Positions 1 through 10,009 of a stretch of DNA of 64,000 nt are shown one piece after another. Under the pieces are notes generated by a model. It did not search any database. It was not told the origin of the DNA and worked only from the letters and a program-made list of their open reading frames with translations. Numbering within the stretch: the first letter of the stretch is position 1; every line of letters starts with the position of its first letter. The DNA is from Bacteriovoracaceae bacterium (GTDB taxonomy: Bacteria; Bdellovibrionota; Bacteriovoracia; Bacteriovoracales; Bacteriovoracaceae), in contig JABIHA010000036.1 of the NCBI GenBank assembly GCA_018649885.1, positions 62,001 to 126,000 on the forward strand. The letters run 5' to 3'. Position numbers and translations under genes: made by a program.

Positions 1-332
1 GATAGAGGAATAGATATGGAACCTAGCAGGGCAACCCATACAAATCGATTGAGAACCAGGAAGTCTTCGTAGTTATTTGGAAAATTTGAAAAAAGAGATG
101 TGAGCCTTGCAAGCCATACAGGAAATTTGAAATTTAAGGCACCCGACAAGAAGACATTTACAAAAATGCTTCCTTTTTTAAACATATTAAAAGCAGGTGC
201 AAGGTACATATCTTCATCACAGAAAGTGTAGGGAGGCATTTGCTGAAATACACCCTTAAAACGAAAGGCAATGAACAGAGTCATGGTTAAGAGAATGAAA
301 AAAAGTTCATGACGTTTAATTTTAGAAAACAC
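1..332 (-). CDS. Partial (runs off left edge) membrane protein, probably GT-C fold glycosyltransferase (ArnT/PMT-like)
   Basis: Not in the ORF track. Manual minus-strand translation from GTG at 332: MFSKIKRHELFFILLTMTLFIAFRFKGVFQQMPPYTFCDEDMYLAPAFNMFKKG...NRFVWVALLGSISIPL. An N-terminal TM helix is followed by R...DE..Y, typical of the GT-C first loop. Confidence 0.55.
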   Translation of the reverse strand, partial: MFSKIKRHELFFILLTMTLFIAFRFKGVFQQMPPYTFCDEDMYLAPAFNMFKKGSIFVNVFLSGALNFKFPVWLARLTSLFSNFPNNYEDFLVLNRFVWVALLGSISIPL

Positions 333-546
333 GAATAAATGATCTTTTGAAAATAGATTAGTTTTTCAAAAGATTAAGGTAAAAAAGAGCAAAAATCTAT
401 TAGAATGACAGGTTGGTCGTGGCGCGCCGAAGTCTTGGTTTTGCATTAACCCCTTGTGTATTCTTTTCAATTTTTCACCCCCAATTTCTAGGCAATGTAA
501 GGTTGTGAGAGTTATTCATTGGTCATTGTCACTTGCGGGGGTCGAC

Positions 547-2127
547 ATGTTGCACTTATTAGTAATATCGGTATTTTTTGGCATTTTTTCGAGTAATATC
601 CATGCTCAAGATAGTAGACCTCTCACTAGCATTCAAAGAGTTTTTAGTCCTGTACTTGATTTGAGATTTCACAAATTGGGCACTGAAAAAGTGGGCGAGT
701 ACCAAAACAAGTCTGGGGAAAAGCGGATTTATAGGGACGATCTTGAGGTTGCAGAAAAAAATGATTCAAAGAAAAAATCTCTCCTCCATATTGCTCACTT
801 ATCAGATTCTCATATTATTGACGAAGAAAGTCCTGCCAGGTTTTGGAGATCAGGGTTTGTTAATGGCACGGTTTTTCGTTATCAAGATGCCTATTCTACC
901 CATGTGCTCGATGCCATGGTTGGCACTATTAACCAGTTAAACAGGCACGCTAAAAATAAGAAACTGGATTTTGCTGTGGTGACAGGGGACTTGATCGATA
1001 ATTCGCAACGAAATGAGATGGAATGGTTTTTTCAGGTTATGGATGGAAAGGATGTGACTCCCAATAGTGGAGATCAAAGAGATAATCCACTGCCTTCCCA
1101 AGATAATCCCCATATTAAGTTTAAGGCCCAGGGCCTGGACATTCCCTATTTTATCACTCCTGGGAATCATGATTTGGCATATGATGGATTTATCACTGAG
1201 AAAAACCGCAGATTTTTTGGAGTTCCATCTCCTACTGCCACTAGGGCAAAATTTCAGGTGGCACCCAAATGTAGCCCCAGATATCCTATTCTTGCAGCTT
1301 GTACTCCATATAATCCACTACTACCCAGTGAGAAGGATCATTACTGGTCACTCAAAAAAAGGGCGATCGTGGGCGATAACAATAGAGAGAAAATATCGGC
1401 TGAAGATATCTACCGAATTAGTAGGGACTCAGATCCAATTAATGGGCATGGTTATGGCAATAAAGATGAAAAGCGAGATCATGGGCACTATAGTCGCCAG
1501 CCTGTCTCTCATATTCCGATTCAACTTATAAATATAGACACCTCTAAAGAGGGAACTCTCTCTGGTGTGATTACGAGAGATACAGTCAATAATTTTTTAA
1601 TTCCCTGGCTTGATGAAACAACTAAAAAAGGAAATGAAAAATTGGTGATTCTTATGTCTCATCACCCTTTGTCTCATATCCTACCGGGGAGAGGGAAAAG
1701 ATTATTCGAGAAAACTGTGAAAAAATATCCGAATATCTTTTTACATCTTGTGGGCCACGGGCATAAGCACGACGTTGTCTCCTATAAAGGAGATGAAGCT
1801 GGAAGTGGTTATTGGGAAATTCAAACGGCTTCTCTTATTGAATGGCCTCAGCAGGCAAGACTTGTGGAGGTGGCCCTAAGAGAAGATGGGGTTGGGGAAG
1901 TTATCACAACTGTAATTGATTATGGGGAATCAAACTCCATCGCCACTGACTCTAGAGCGCTGTCAATTTTGACTAAACAAATTCCAACAGCCCTCATTAC
2001 CGCAGGAGACCGAGGTGACTTAGAAGATCGTAATCTAAACCTACCCTTTAAAATTCCACCTAATATTCTGAAACGATTAGTAAAAATACAATCTCAATTA
2101 CCAGAGATAGAATCAAGTACCTATTAG
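547..2127 (+). CDS. Secreted calcineurin-like metallophosphoesterase
   Basis: Motifs HLSDSH, TGDLID, PGNHD, SHHP, GHGH. ATG 547 begins a signal peptide (MLHLLVISVFFGIFSSNIHA) and is preferred over TTG 454. Confidence 0.85.
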   Translation: MLHLLVISVFFGIFSSNIHAQDSRPLTSIQRVFSPVLDLRFHKLGTEKVGEYQNKSGEKRIYRDDLEVAEKNDSKKKSLLHIAHLSDSHIIDEESPARFWRSGFVNGTVFRYQDAYSTHVLDAMVGTINQLNRHAKNKKLDFAVVTGDLIDNSQRNEMEWFFQVMDGKDVTPNSGDQRDNPLPSQDNPHIKFKAQGLDIPYFITPGNHDLAYDGFITEKNRRFFGVPSPTATRAKFQVAPKCSPRYPILAACTPYNPLLPSEKDHYWSLKKRAIVGDNNREKISAEDIYRISRDSDPINGHGYGNKDEKRDHGHYSRQPVSHIPIQLINIDTSKEGTLSGVITRDTVNNFLIPWLDETTKKGNEKLVILMSHHPLSHILPGRGKRLFEKTVKKYPNIFLHLVGHGHKHDVVSYKGDEAGSGYWEIQTASLIEWPQQARLVEVALREDGVGEVITTVIDYGESNSIATDSRALSILTKQIPTALITAGDRGDLEDRNLNLPFKIPPNILKRLVKIQSQLPEIESSTY

Positions 2128-2273
2128 GGGTTTTCTCACTCTAAGCCTTTAAATTTAAATAAAGTTGCAACTTTTTGGTCACTGGGCCGTAATATTTACA
2201 TATCTTAGGATTTTGCTCACGTCTGCTGATTCAAATGAAATTTATTTAATTTAAACTCTAAAGGTATGAAGAG

Positions 2274-3698
2274 ATGAACAATCTATTAAAGCAACTTCTT
2301 ATGCTCATTTTATTATTAGCTTCGTTTTCTGTATTTTCAGAAGATGGCCTTGAAGATCAAGTAGATGAATTAGGAGGTGATCCTATTGAAGAAGCTGAGT
2401 TGGCGATATCCACTGAAGGGCTTAATGAAAACCTAGATGAGTTTATTGAATCAAAGGGAAAACTAAATTGGTGTCCATACAAAGACAATACAGCTTTTGA
2501 GATAAAAGGTGGATACAGTACTGCCATTTCTCTTGCCATTGGCGCCATTAGAAGTCCTGGGTGCCATGATGTAAGTAATGATTTGAGTCGCGCACTTAAT
2601 GGAATAGGTAATATCATTTCCAATGAAACCTCAGAGCTAAAAGATCCTTACTTGACTGAAGACTACACCAACCAGACTCTTGTTGATATTCAACAAGCCG
2701 TAAATTCTGCTAACCAAAAACAATGTAAAGCATCCCCTGAACAGTTATTTAATGCCATAGGCGGACTGGCCTATGGTCTTTCTGTTGCTACGGGAGGAAT
2801 TTCATTTGCGGTAGGGGCCACGTTTGATTTGCTAATAAGCTCAATTGAACTAGGAAAAACGATTAGAACAAATAAAATAGAGAGTGCATTTTTTGGAGGT
2901 AATCCTCAAAATTTAAAAGATAAGCTAAATGAGCTGATGCTATGTCAAAATTGGTACCTATACGACAAATTACAGTGTAGTGAGAATATTGGAAGCGGTA
3001 TATTGGGTGAATCACTCCAAGAAGCTGAAGAAGCTCCAAGCTTTGAAGAAGATTTAACAAATGCTCTTCGTAATAACCAAAACTACAACGGCCAACTTGA
3101 GTATCATCATATTCTTGATAAATCGACGAAGCTGTCAAAGAAAATGTTGCTTAAAAAGGCCAAGCAGTCGCTTGAAAAAATGGTTGATAGGTTTGATGCT
3201 TGGGCTGATCCAAAATCTACACGTATTGATTTTCTTCCGCTTGATAAAGATGTTGAGTATCAAATTCATTTACATAGCCTGATACGTTATTGCTACAATG
3301 GCTATCCTATTATTCATTCTAATAAACAGAAAAAGAGAAAACAGGGTAGAAAGGGCAGAAGTTATGAAAATATTGACTATTCAAAAGAGTATGATGAAAT
3401 TTGTGGCCCTTTAAGAGACTGTGTGGCCAAACTTGATCCAGATAGCACCTTCCTGCCTGGACCATCACTATATCCTCTGGACAAAAATAAAAAGGATTTC
3501 AGATGGAGTCAAAAGAATTTATGTGCAGGCATGGGACAAAGTTGGATGACAGAGAGTGAGGCCAATGAAAAAGACTTTCACTTTCGTATAAAAGGCGCCC
3601 TTGCGATTTCAAATTTTAATGGAAAGTCTTGTACTGCTCCTAATATAAAATTTTTGAGGACCCTGGATGCAAAGCCAGCAGAAGCACTTTCAGAGTAA
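2274..3698 (+). CDS. Secreted hypothetical Cys-containing protein with Gly/Ala-rich hydrophobic hairpin
   Basis: 474-aa ORF with signal peptide MNNLLKQLLMLILLLASFSVFS and segment AIGGLAYGLSVATGGISFAVGATFDLLI. No family recognised. Confidence 0.75.
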   Translation: MNNLLKQLLMLILLLASFSVFSEDGLEDQVDELGGDPIEEAELAISTEGLNENLDEFIESKGKLNWCPYKDNTAFEIKGGYSTAISLAIGAIRSPGCHDVSNDLSRALNGIGNIISNETSELKDPYLTEDYTNQTLVDIQQAVNSANQKQCKASPEQLFNAIGGLAYGLSVATGGISFAVGATFDLLISSIELGKTIRTNKIESAFFGGNPQNLKDKLNELMLCQNWYLYDKLQCSENIGSGILGESLQEAEEAPSFEEDLTNALRNNQNYNGQLEYHHILDKSTKLSKKMLLKKAKQSLEKMVDRFDAWADPKSTRIDFLPLDKDVEYQIHLHSLIRYCYNGYPIIHSNKQKKRKQGRKGRSYENIDYSKEYDEICGPLRDCVAKLDPDSTFLPGPSLYPLDKNKKDFRWSQKNLCAGMGQSWMTESEANEKDFHFRIKGALAISNFNGKSCTAPNIKFLRTLDAKPAEALSE

Positions 3699-3841
3699 TT
3701 AATGCTAGGTTAATTTAATCCAGCAATTTGAAACACTCAATTTTCAATAGGATATAGATACCAGAGGATCGCTCTCGGGTACTAACATCCTATTGATATC
3801 CTTCCGAAAAGCGACTGCAAAGTATCTCTTGGGAGGGTTAT

Positions 3842-6800
3842 ATAAAAGAGAAGTTTATTCTCACCATTTTAATCATACTTACTTTTGTCAGTTGCAATGG
3901 AACTGGAAGTAAGGTTGATGACAATTTTCTTCAAACGGAAATTGAAGGTATTGCTTTTTCTGGCAGCATGACAGACTTTGGTTCACTTTTTAAAACAGAG
4001 GAAGTGTTAACAAAATCTCTTACCTTTCAAAATATTGGCACAACGGAATTAAAAAACTGCTTGGCCCCATCGCTAATTTCAGGTGACACGAGTTTGTTTA
4101 CCATTAGTGCAGATTCTTGCGGTAGCTTCGATTTAAATAAAGGCGAGAGCTGCAACTTTGATGTTACCGCAGCTCCGGTGGGCGTAGGTACTTTTAGTGC
4201 AATGATTGGAAGAAGCTGTAATGGAACCATGGCCGTTACGACTGTCCAGGTAACTGGAGTTGGTTTGACTGTCACGGCCTTTTCTCCTGAATCTGGAGCG
4301 AGCTCAATTGACCCCCATTCAAATCTATTTGCCACATTTTCTCACGCTCTCAGTACTTTCACCGTTTCTGGAAGCAATATATCTCTACTAGACACTGGCA
4401 CTGGAATAAATTTTCCAGCGGACTTAAGCTACAATAGCTCAAGTAAAATAGTGACCATTGATCCCAAGATACCCCTGCCTTCATCGCGTTCAATCACAAT
4501 TACAATGGGGACAGGTTTTAAAACTGCACTTGGTACATCTCTTGAGTCTTCCACCAGTAATGTTTTCACCACAGGGGACGCGCAGGTTATAGCTCATGGC
4601 TATGCAACTACCTACAATACTCCTTCGCTTAAGGGGGCTTGCTCAACCACCTCTACAAATCTGACTGCCACATTGAATGGGGCGGCGGCAGGAGTGAATA
4701 TTACCTACAACGATGTAGACTGTTCGGATGGAAACTTTGAGATCACGCCTAACTTAGCAATCGCTGGTAATGGTGCCCAAACAATTTCTATTAGCGTTGA
4801 TAGTAGCAGTACTTCAAGCACTGCCACTACATCACTTACCATGACAAAGTGTGCTTCCTTTGCTGCCATTGGTGCCTTTGGAGCTTTCGATGGGGGAGAT
4901 GGCTCTGTTGGGGATCCCTATTTGATTAGTACAAGGGAGCAACTAAACCAAGTCAAAAATGATGTGACCAAAGCTTTTAAGATGACTGCCGATGTGGATT
5001 TGTCTTGTTATTCTTTCGATCCTATAGGTACCAATGGTGGGCGTTTTTCTGGTGTTTTCGACGGAGCTGAGTACGCTGTCAATGGACTCTCATTTGAAAA
5101 TAATAGTACCTCCACTATAGGACTATTTGGTTATATTGATGATGCCACAATTAAGAATTTAGATTTGACTAATGTCTTTACTGAGCAGGTGGGAACTCAA
5201 CCCTATACATCAGGGTTAATTGGAAGGCATTTTAATGTTGGTGGTCCAGTAGTAGTAACGAATATTTTAGTTACAGGAAGACTAATTTCTGACTCAACCT
5301 CTGTTGGTTTATTAGTGAGTGCGGGTTCTGGATCTGGGCATAGTTATAGCAACCTTTGGGTTTCAGGGCACTCGTCCAGTACTGCCAATCCAGGTTCCAC
5401 TGGTTTAGTATCTGGAGCTATGGCCAATTCAAGCTTTGATAATGTTTATATTCAAGGCGCTATGGAGGCTAATCGAAATTCTGCTGGAATCGCAGGTTAT
5501 TCCGGTGGGGGCTTGGTTATCAAAAATGCCTTTTGCGACACCAATATTGATGGTGGTGAAGATAAAGCTGGGGCATGTTTAGGATATGCCCAAAATCCAA
5601 CTCTATATAATGTTTATTCAAAAGGAGTTGTTATTGGTTCCAACTATGTAGGAGGAATCATAGGACTTGCCAATACACAACCATTTTTTCACAACGTTAG
5701 CTCTGACTCTAACGTGACTGTAAACACGGGTAACGGGGGAGGAATTGCTGGACATGTTGATGTGATAGGAATTGTTAGCCACAGTAAGGCCACAGGCAAC
5801 GTAACAAACACAGGTTTGTGGGATAGATCTGGTGGAATTGCAGGGAAAATAAGTAATGTGGCCATGGTTTTAAATACCAAATCTACAGGAAATGTTTCAG
5901 GAGGAGATAATTGGAACGGGGGAATAGCGGGTATTTTTCTCAATGGGGTATTTGCAATTAATACCTATGCCACAGGTTCTATCACCTCCAATGATTTGAA
6001 CGGCGGGATCCTTGGAAGGATTGGTGATGCTAAAAGCTATCTTCTAAATTCGCATTACTATGGAAGCTCAAGTCTTGTATCGACCCTCAATAGGGGAGGT
6101 GGATTAATGGGAATTAATGATGGAACTATTGAAAATAGTTATTTTCTCTCAGGCCTTTGCGAGTTGGGTAATGGGTGCGATGATACTGTTGGTGGAGTTG
6201 AGTATTCAGCCGCTCAAATGGCCGTTCAATCAAACTATACGAATTGGGATTTTTCTAGTGGTAGAAACTGGGTATTTAAGACCGGAGCAACTTATCCCAC
6301 TCTCAGCTTTGAAGACTGCTCAAGCTACAGCTCTATTACTGCTGCTACAAGTTTTGCAGGAGGGGACGGAAGTGGAGGGGATCCCTTTCAGATAGCGACT
6401 TTGTCACAGCTTGCCTATGCAGCAACTCTACCTACTTCAAATTTTATTTTAACGGCGAATATTGATGCCTCCGGGTCTTGTTATTCTTGGACACCTTTTG
6501 GGACAAATGGAACTCCCTTCACAGGAGTTTTTGATGGAAATTCAAAGTCCATTCAAGGTCTCTATATTGCAAATGAATCTGTTGATTCAGGTTTTTTTGG
6601 ATCCATTAACGGTGCTACTGTTAACAATTTAACTCTATATAATTTTGTTACTGGTATCAATAATGAGAGAGCGGGAAGCTTGGCAGGAGATGCAAATAAC
6701 TCAACGATTACTAGTGTAATTAATTATGGTCATATTGTGAATGGAGCTAACGACACGGCAGGCTTGGTGGCCCTTGCACAAAATGGCACAGTCATCACAT

Positions 6801-7318
6801 CTAGCACCAACTACGGTTATGTAGGCTCTAACTCAGATAGAGTGGGAGGCCTTGTTGGTCATTGCAATAACTGTACTATTACTAAATCGACCAATGCAGG
6901 TGGAGTCATAGGCAATGATGATGTTGGTGGAATTGTAGGTATGAGTTCTGCTGGCGCTACTTTAACAGACGTGAACAACCTTGGAAACGTCCATGGGGAT
7001 ACATCAGTCGCAGGCCTTGTTGGCAATTTATCGGCAGCAGCTGATACCGTTACCAATGGATTAAGCGTAGGGGTAGTCTATGGAAGAACAAGTTCAGCAA
7101 GTTTTGTGGCAGACAAAGATGCAGGAGCCACAATTACTGATAGCTTTTTTCTAGACACAGCTTGCGGAGTAGCTCCTCCGGTGGGTTGTCCTGAAGCCAG
7201 TACTGCCATAGGCCTTACTCAGGCAGATTTGATCTTGCTAGCGAGCTATCCAGGGGGATGGAATTTCACCACTATTTGGGAGATAAATAACGGTGTGAGT
7301 TATCCAAGTTTGCGATAA
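3842..7318 (+). CDS. Large surface lipoprotein/adhesin: Ig-like domains plus two tandem GLUG-type beta-helical modules
   Basis: Frame is open upstream of ATG 3968 to a stop at 3794. ATA 3842 after GGAGG (3832-3836) gives a lipoprotein signal ending FVSC. Ig-like segments TDFGSL..FQNIGT..SCNFDV and VTAFSPESGA..FATFS; two modules beginning GGDGS.GDP(Y/F).I.T..QL and containing F.GVFDG; many GG(L/I)(V/A)G repeats. Confidence 0.8.
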   Translation: MKEKFILTILIILTFVSCNGTGSKVDDNFLQTEIEGIAFSGSMTDFGSLFKTEEVLTKSLTFQNIGTTELKNCLAPSLISGDTSLFTISADSCGSFDLNKGESCNFDVTAAPVGVGTFSAMIGRSCNGTMAVTTVQVTGVGLTVTAFSPESGASSIDPHSNLFATFSHALSTFTVSGSNISLLDTGTGINFPADLSYNSSSKIVTIDPKIPLPSSRSITITMGTGFKTALGTSLESSTSNVFTTGDAQVIAHGYATTYNTPSLKGACSTTSTNLTATLNGAAAGVNITYNDVDCSDGNFEITPNLAIAGNGAQTISISVDSSSTSSTATTSLTMTKCASFAAIGAFGAFDGGDGSVGDPYLISTREQLNQVKNDVTKAFKMTADVDLSCYSFDPIGTNGGRFSGVFDGAEYAVNGLSFENNSTSTIGLFGYIDDATIKNLDLTNVFTEQVGTQPYTSGLIGRHFNVGGPVVVTNILVTGRLISDSTSVGLLVSAGSGSGHSYSNLWVSGHSSSTANPGSTGLVSGAMANSSFDNVYIQGAMEANRNSAGIAGYSGGGLVIKNAFCDTNIDGGEDKAGACLGYAQNPTLYNVYSKGVVIGSNYVGGIIGLANTQPFFHNVSSDSNVTVNTGNGGGIAGHVDVIGIVSHSKATGNVTNTGLWDRSGGIAGKISNVAMVLNTKSTGNVSGGDNWNGGIAGIFLNGVFAINTYATGSITSNDLNGGILGRIGDAKSYLLNSHYYGSSSLVSTLNRGGGLMGINDGTIENSYFLSGLCELGNGCDDTVGGVEYSAAQMAVQSNYTNWDFSSGRNWVFKTGATYPTLSFEDCSSYSSITAATSFAGGDGSGGDPFQIATLSQLAYAATLPTSNFILTANIDASGSCYSWTPFGTNGTPFTGVFDGNSKSIQGLYIANESVDSGFFGSINGATVNNLTLYNFVTGINNERAGSLAGDANNSTITSVINYGHIVNGANDTAGLVALAQNGTVITSSTNYGYVGSNSDRVGGLVGHCNNCTITKSTNAGGVIGNDDVGGIVGMSSAGATLTDVNNLGNVHGDTSVAGLVGNLSAAADTVTNGLSVGVVYGRTSSASFVADKDAGATITDSFFLDTACGVAPPVGCPEASTAIGLTQADLILLASYPGGWNFTTIWEINNGVSYPSLR

Positions 7319-7484
7319 AAAAGAACTTATTTTTGGTGGAAAATATCCCTCTAATTACCTGTAAAAAATTCATAAAATGGACAGAAAATCTTAGTCTTTC
7401 TTAAGAACTTTAAATAATGATTCTCAATTGGCACTCATTAAGTTTATAGTCTCAAAAAAAATTAAACTACTTTGGGGAGTACGT

Positions 7485-8168
7485 TTGGGAACAGATTCAG
7501 CTGCAATCTTTAAGAAGTTTGGTCTAAAGGCTTTTCTTTTAGATAGATCAATCTATTTGGCTTCAAGATTACTTTTTTTCAAATCAATCGATTGGCTAAC
7601 GCTTTCTCTTGATGACGTTGGAGAAGGCTACCTGGCAATACCAAAGGGGCATCAGGCTAAATTTTCAAATATTCAGGAAATGAAACACTTTGTTGGTAAG
7701 GAATATCAGCTAGAATATCAGTTTATCAAAGAGGCCTTCGCCAAAGGTGACATTCCTTATACTATTACAAAAGACTCAAGGCTGTGCTCTTATGGATGGT
7801 ATGCAAAGGCACCAAATGAAATCTATCCAGGCATCAAATTCATCATCCCAGAGAGGCATATCTATATGTATAAGGGGTTTACCCATCCTGAACATAGAGG
7901 AATGAGACTCCATGCCATCAACATGGCGCGTGCCCTAAGAGAATTGAACAATAGCAGTGCTCACAGTTTTCTTTCCTTTGTTGAAACTCAAAATTTTGCA
8001 AGCCTGCGCTCTTGCTATCGCCTAGGCTACCAGAAGTCAGGGCGCTCAATTTTGTTTGAAATTTTGGGAAAGACCTTTGTTTTTTCAAGTGCCAAGGCGC
8101 GAGCTGCAAAGGTTGAGCTTATGACAAATACATATGAATCATTCGCGGGGTTTGCTGAAAAGATATAA
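7485..8168 (+). CDS. GNAT-family N-acetyltransferase
   Basis: FTHPEHRGMRL acetyl-CoA motif and N.ASLRSCYRLGY. TTG 7485 follows GGGGAG (the track starts at 7428). Confidence 0.75.
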   Translation: MGTDSAAIFKKFGLKAFLLDRSIYLASRLLFFKSIDWLTLSLDDVGEGYLAIPKGHQAKFSNIQEMKHFVGKEYQLEYQFIKEAFAKGDIPYTITKDSRLCSYGWYAKAPNEIYPGIKFIIPERHIYMYKGFTHPEHRGMRLHAINMARALRELNNSSAHSFLSFVETQNFASLRSCYRLGYQKSGRSILFEILGKTFVFSSAKARAAKVELMTNTYESFAGFAEKI

Positions 8169-8192
8169 GTTCAAATATCTCTAAGCAGAGTG

Positions 8193-8819
8193 TCAGTGAA
8201 TTTGATGGCCAAACCAAATATTTTCTAAATAGAGTGTAAGTGAGTTGCCAAGCTTGATGGCCAGGTTCCTAGTGGTATCGGCACCTTCACAGGCTATATA
8301 GGCACCATTTTCAAGCTCTATAAGGTAGTTATCAAGTTTCTTACTTTCAACTTTTTGCTCTTCAAAGACAGCCTTCAATTGATCTCTTTCACCGCAGTAG
8401 TGAAGATGTTCAACTGAAATTTCTCTGCACTCAGCAATACCTTTTCTATTAATATAACTTGTCGTACAAAGGGCCTTTTTTTGAAAGTATCTTTTTTCAC
8501 ATTCAAGGTTAAGCTTGGCAAGCTCAGGGAGCTGTGAGAAATCATAGGTTGGGCCAAATGCTTTAACATCAAGATAATCACCTGCCCTCATGCGAGAACT
8601 TCCAACACTCTCATGTATTCTATGGGCCCTACAGCTAGCAGATAATCTTGAACCTTTTATGGAGGGATAGATATTTCCAGAAACATAAATTTGTTTAACA
8701 ATAAATCCACCACCTTTGATAGGAAACTTGTGGTGATAAGCACGAATTGTTTCCGCCGAGGCGACCGAAAGAATATTGAGTAAAATAATTGCTAGATAAA
8801 TGTGTCTCATGGAGAGCAC
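8193..8819 (-). CDS. Secreted hypothetical protein
   Basis: 208-aa ORF with signal peptide (RHIYLAIILLNILSVASA) and six Cys. Confidence 0.6.
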   Translation of the reverse strand: MLSMRHIYLAIILLNILSVASAETIRAYHHKFPIKGGGFIVKQIYVSGNIYPSIKGSRLSASCRAHRIHESVGSSRMRAGDYLDVKAFGPTYDFSQLPELAKLNLECEKRYFQKKALCTTSYINRKGIAECREISVEHLHYCGERDQLKAVFEEQKVESKKLDNYLIELENGAYIACEGADTTRNLAIKLGNSLTLYLENIWFGHQIH

Positions 8820-8872
8820 ATTAAGAGAGCATTAACGCTTTGCATAGAGTCATAGTAAAAATGATAGGGTTT

Positions 8873-10009
8873 TTAGTGTGCGCTTATAAGATTTATAAAT
8901 GTCTCTTTTTTTGAGCTCCAACTCTCTGATTTTTTAAAGGATTCTCTTAAAGTCTCGCTAAAAAATGGGCCAGACTTTTCAATGCTCAAGCATTTTTGAA
9001 CAAAACCATCAGCATCTGCCTCGATATTTATGGAGGATTTAAGTTCTTCAAGGTCCGGTAGAGCAGTGGCAACAACAGGCCTTCCAGTCATTATATATTC
9101 TTTAATTTTAAGTGGGTATATGGTCCTTGTCAGCGCATTGATTTTATAAGGCAGGATAAATATATGCCCATTTTCAATGACTTTAGGAAGCTCACTATAG
9201 GAGACATGGCCATGAAAGAAGATATTTTTCTGCCCTTTTAGATTATCTATATTGCAATTGACTGGCCCGTAAATGTGGATCTCTCCGTTGTCAGTTCTCT
9301 GTGCGATATTTTTTAAAATTTCTTGGTCACACCTCTCATCTATAATTCCGTAATAAATATAAATGGGCCTTTCATGACTCTTTGGTGGAGGGAGTTCAAA
9401 GTGAGCTGTGTCTACACCATGGGTAAACATATGAGTATTTGGGTTTTTTACTATGCGGGTTTGATACAAGTGCTTTGAAGTTGTCAAAACGATGTCAGCT
9501 TTTTTTATGAGTTCGTCTTCAAGTCCTGTAAGAAGTTTGCTGTCAACCAAAGGCCACAGCTTGAATTCGTCAACACAGTAGTAAATCGTTTTCTGAGCGC
9601 CAGCTAAATCTAAAAAATCACCTGTGTTAGGAATTGATGTGATAAGGGTAGTGTAGCTCGTTTGATTTCCAGTTGTTGCTTTTTTTATACTGCGTGCAAC
9701 GCTTGCTTTGTTAAAAGCGCGGCAGATTTTCGAGCCAAAAAATGGAAGCATTAAGGGTCTGATGACCTTGATATTATCTGGTACTTGAAATCCTTCAATA
9801 TTATTTTCTTTTGAAACAAAAAGCGAGCGAAGCTTTTGAAAACTTCTTTTGATGTCGTATAGATTAAGCTTAGGTGCTCGCAGGCCTACTGTTTCAACCC
9901 ACAAAATTTGAGTATCATTTGAAAATTGATTCATCAAGTGCTCTAAGCAGTGTGCACGCCTGCCATAGTCTTCTCCAAAAACAATGAAACCATCGTGGTC
10001 CCTACTCAT
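8873..10009 (-). CDS. GT-B fold glycosyltransferase (family 1/4-like)
   Basis: IYYCVDEF, HGVDTAHF, YYGIIDER, PLKIKEYIMTGRPVVAT. Overlaps the upstream GT2 gene by 4 nt. Confidence 0.85.
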   Translation of the reverse strand: MSRDHDGFIVFGEDYGRRAHCLEHLMNQFSNDTQILWVETVGLRAPKLNLYDIKRSFQKLRSLFVSKENNIEGFQVPDNIKVIRPLMLPFFGSKICRAFNKASVARSIKKATTGNQTSYTTLITSIPNTGDFLDLAGAQKTIYYCVDEFKLWPLVDSKLLTGLEDELIKKADIVLTTSKHLYQTRIVKNPNTHMFTHGVDTAHFELPPPKSHERPIYIYYGIIDERCDQEILKNIAQRTDNGEIHIYGPVNCNIDNLKGQKNIFFHGHVSYSELPKVIENGHIFILPYKINALTRTIYPLKIKEYIMTGRPVVATALPDLEELKSSINIEADADGFVQKCLSIEKSGPFFSETLRESFKKSESWSSKKETFINLISAH

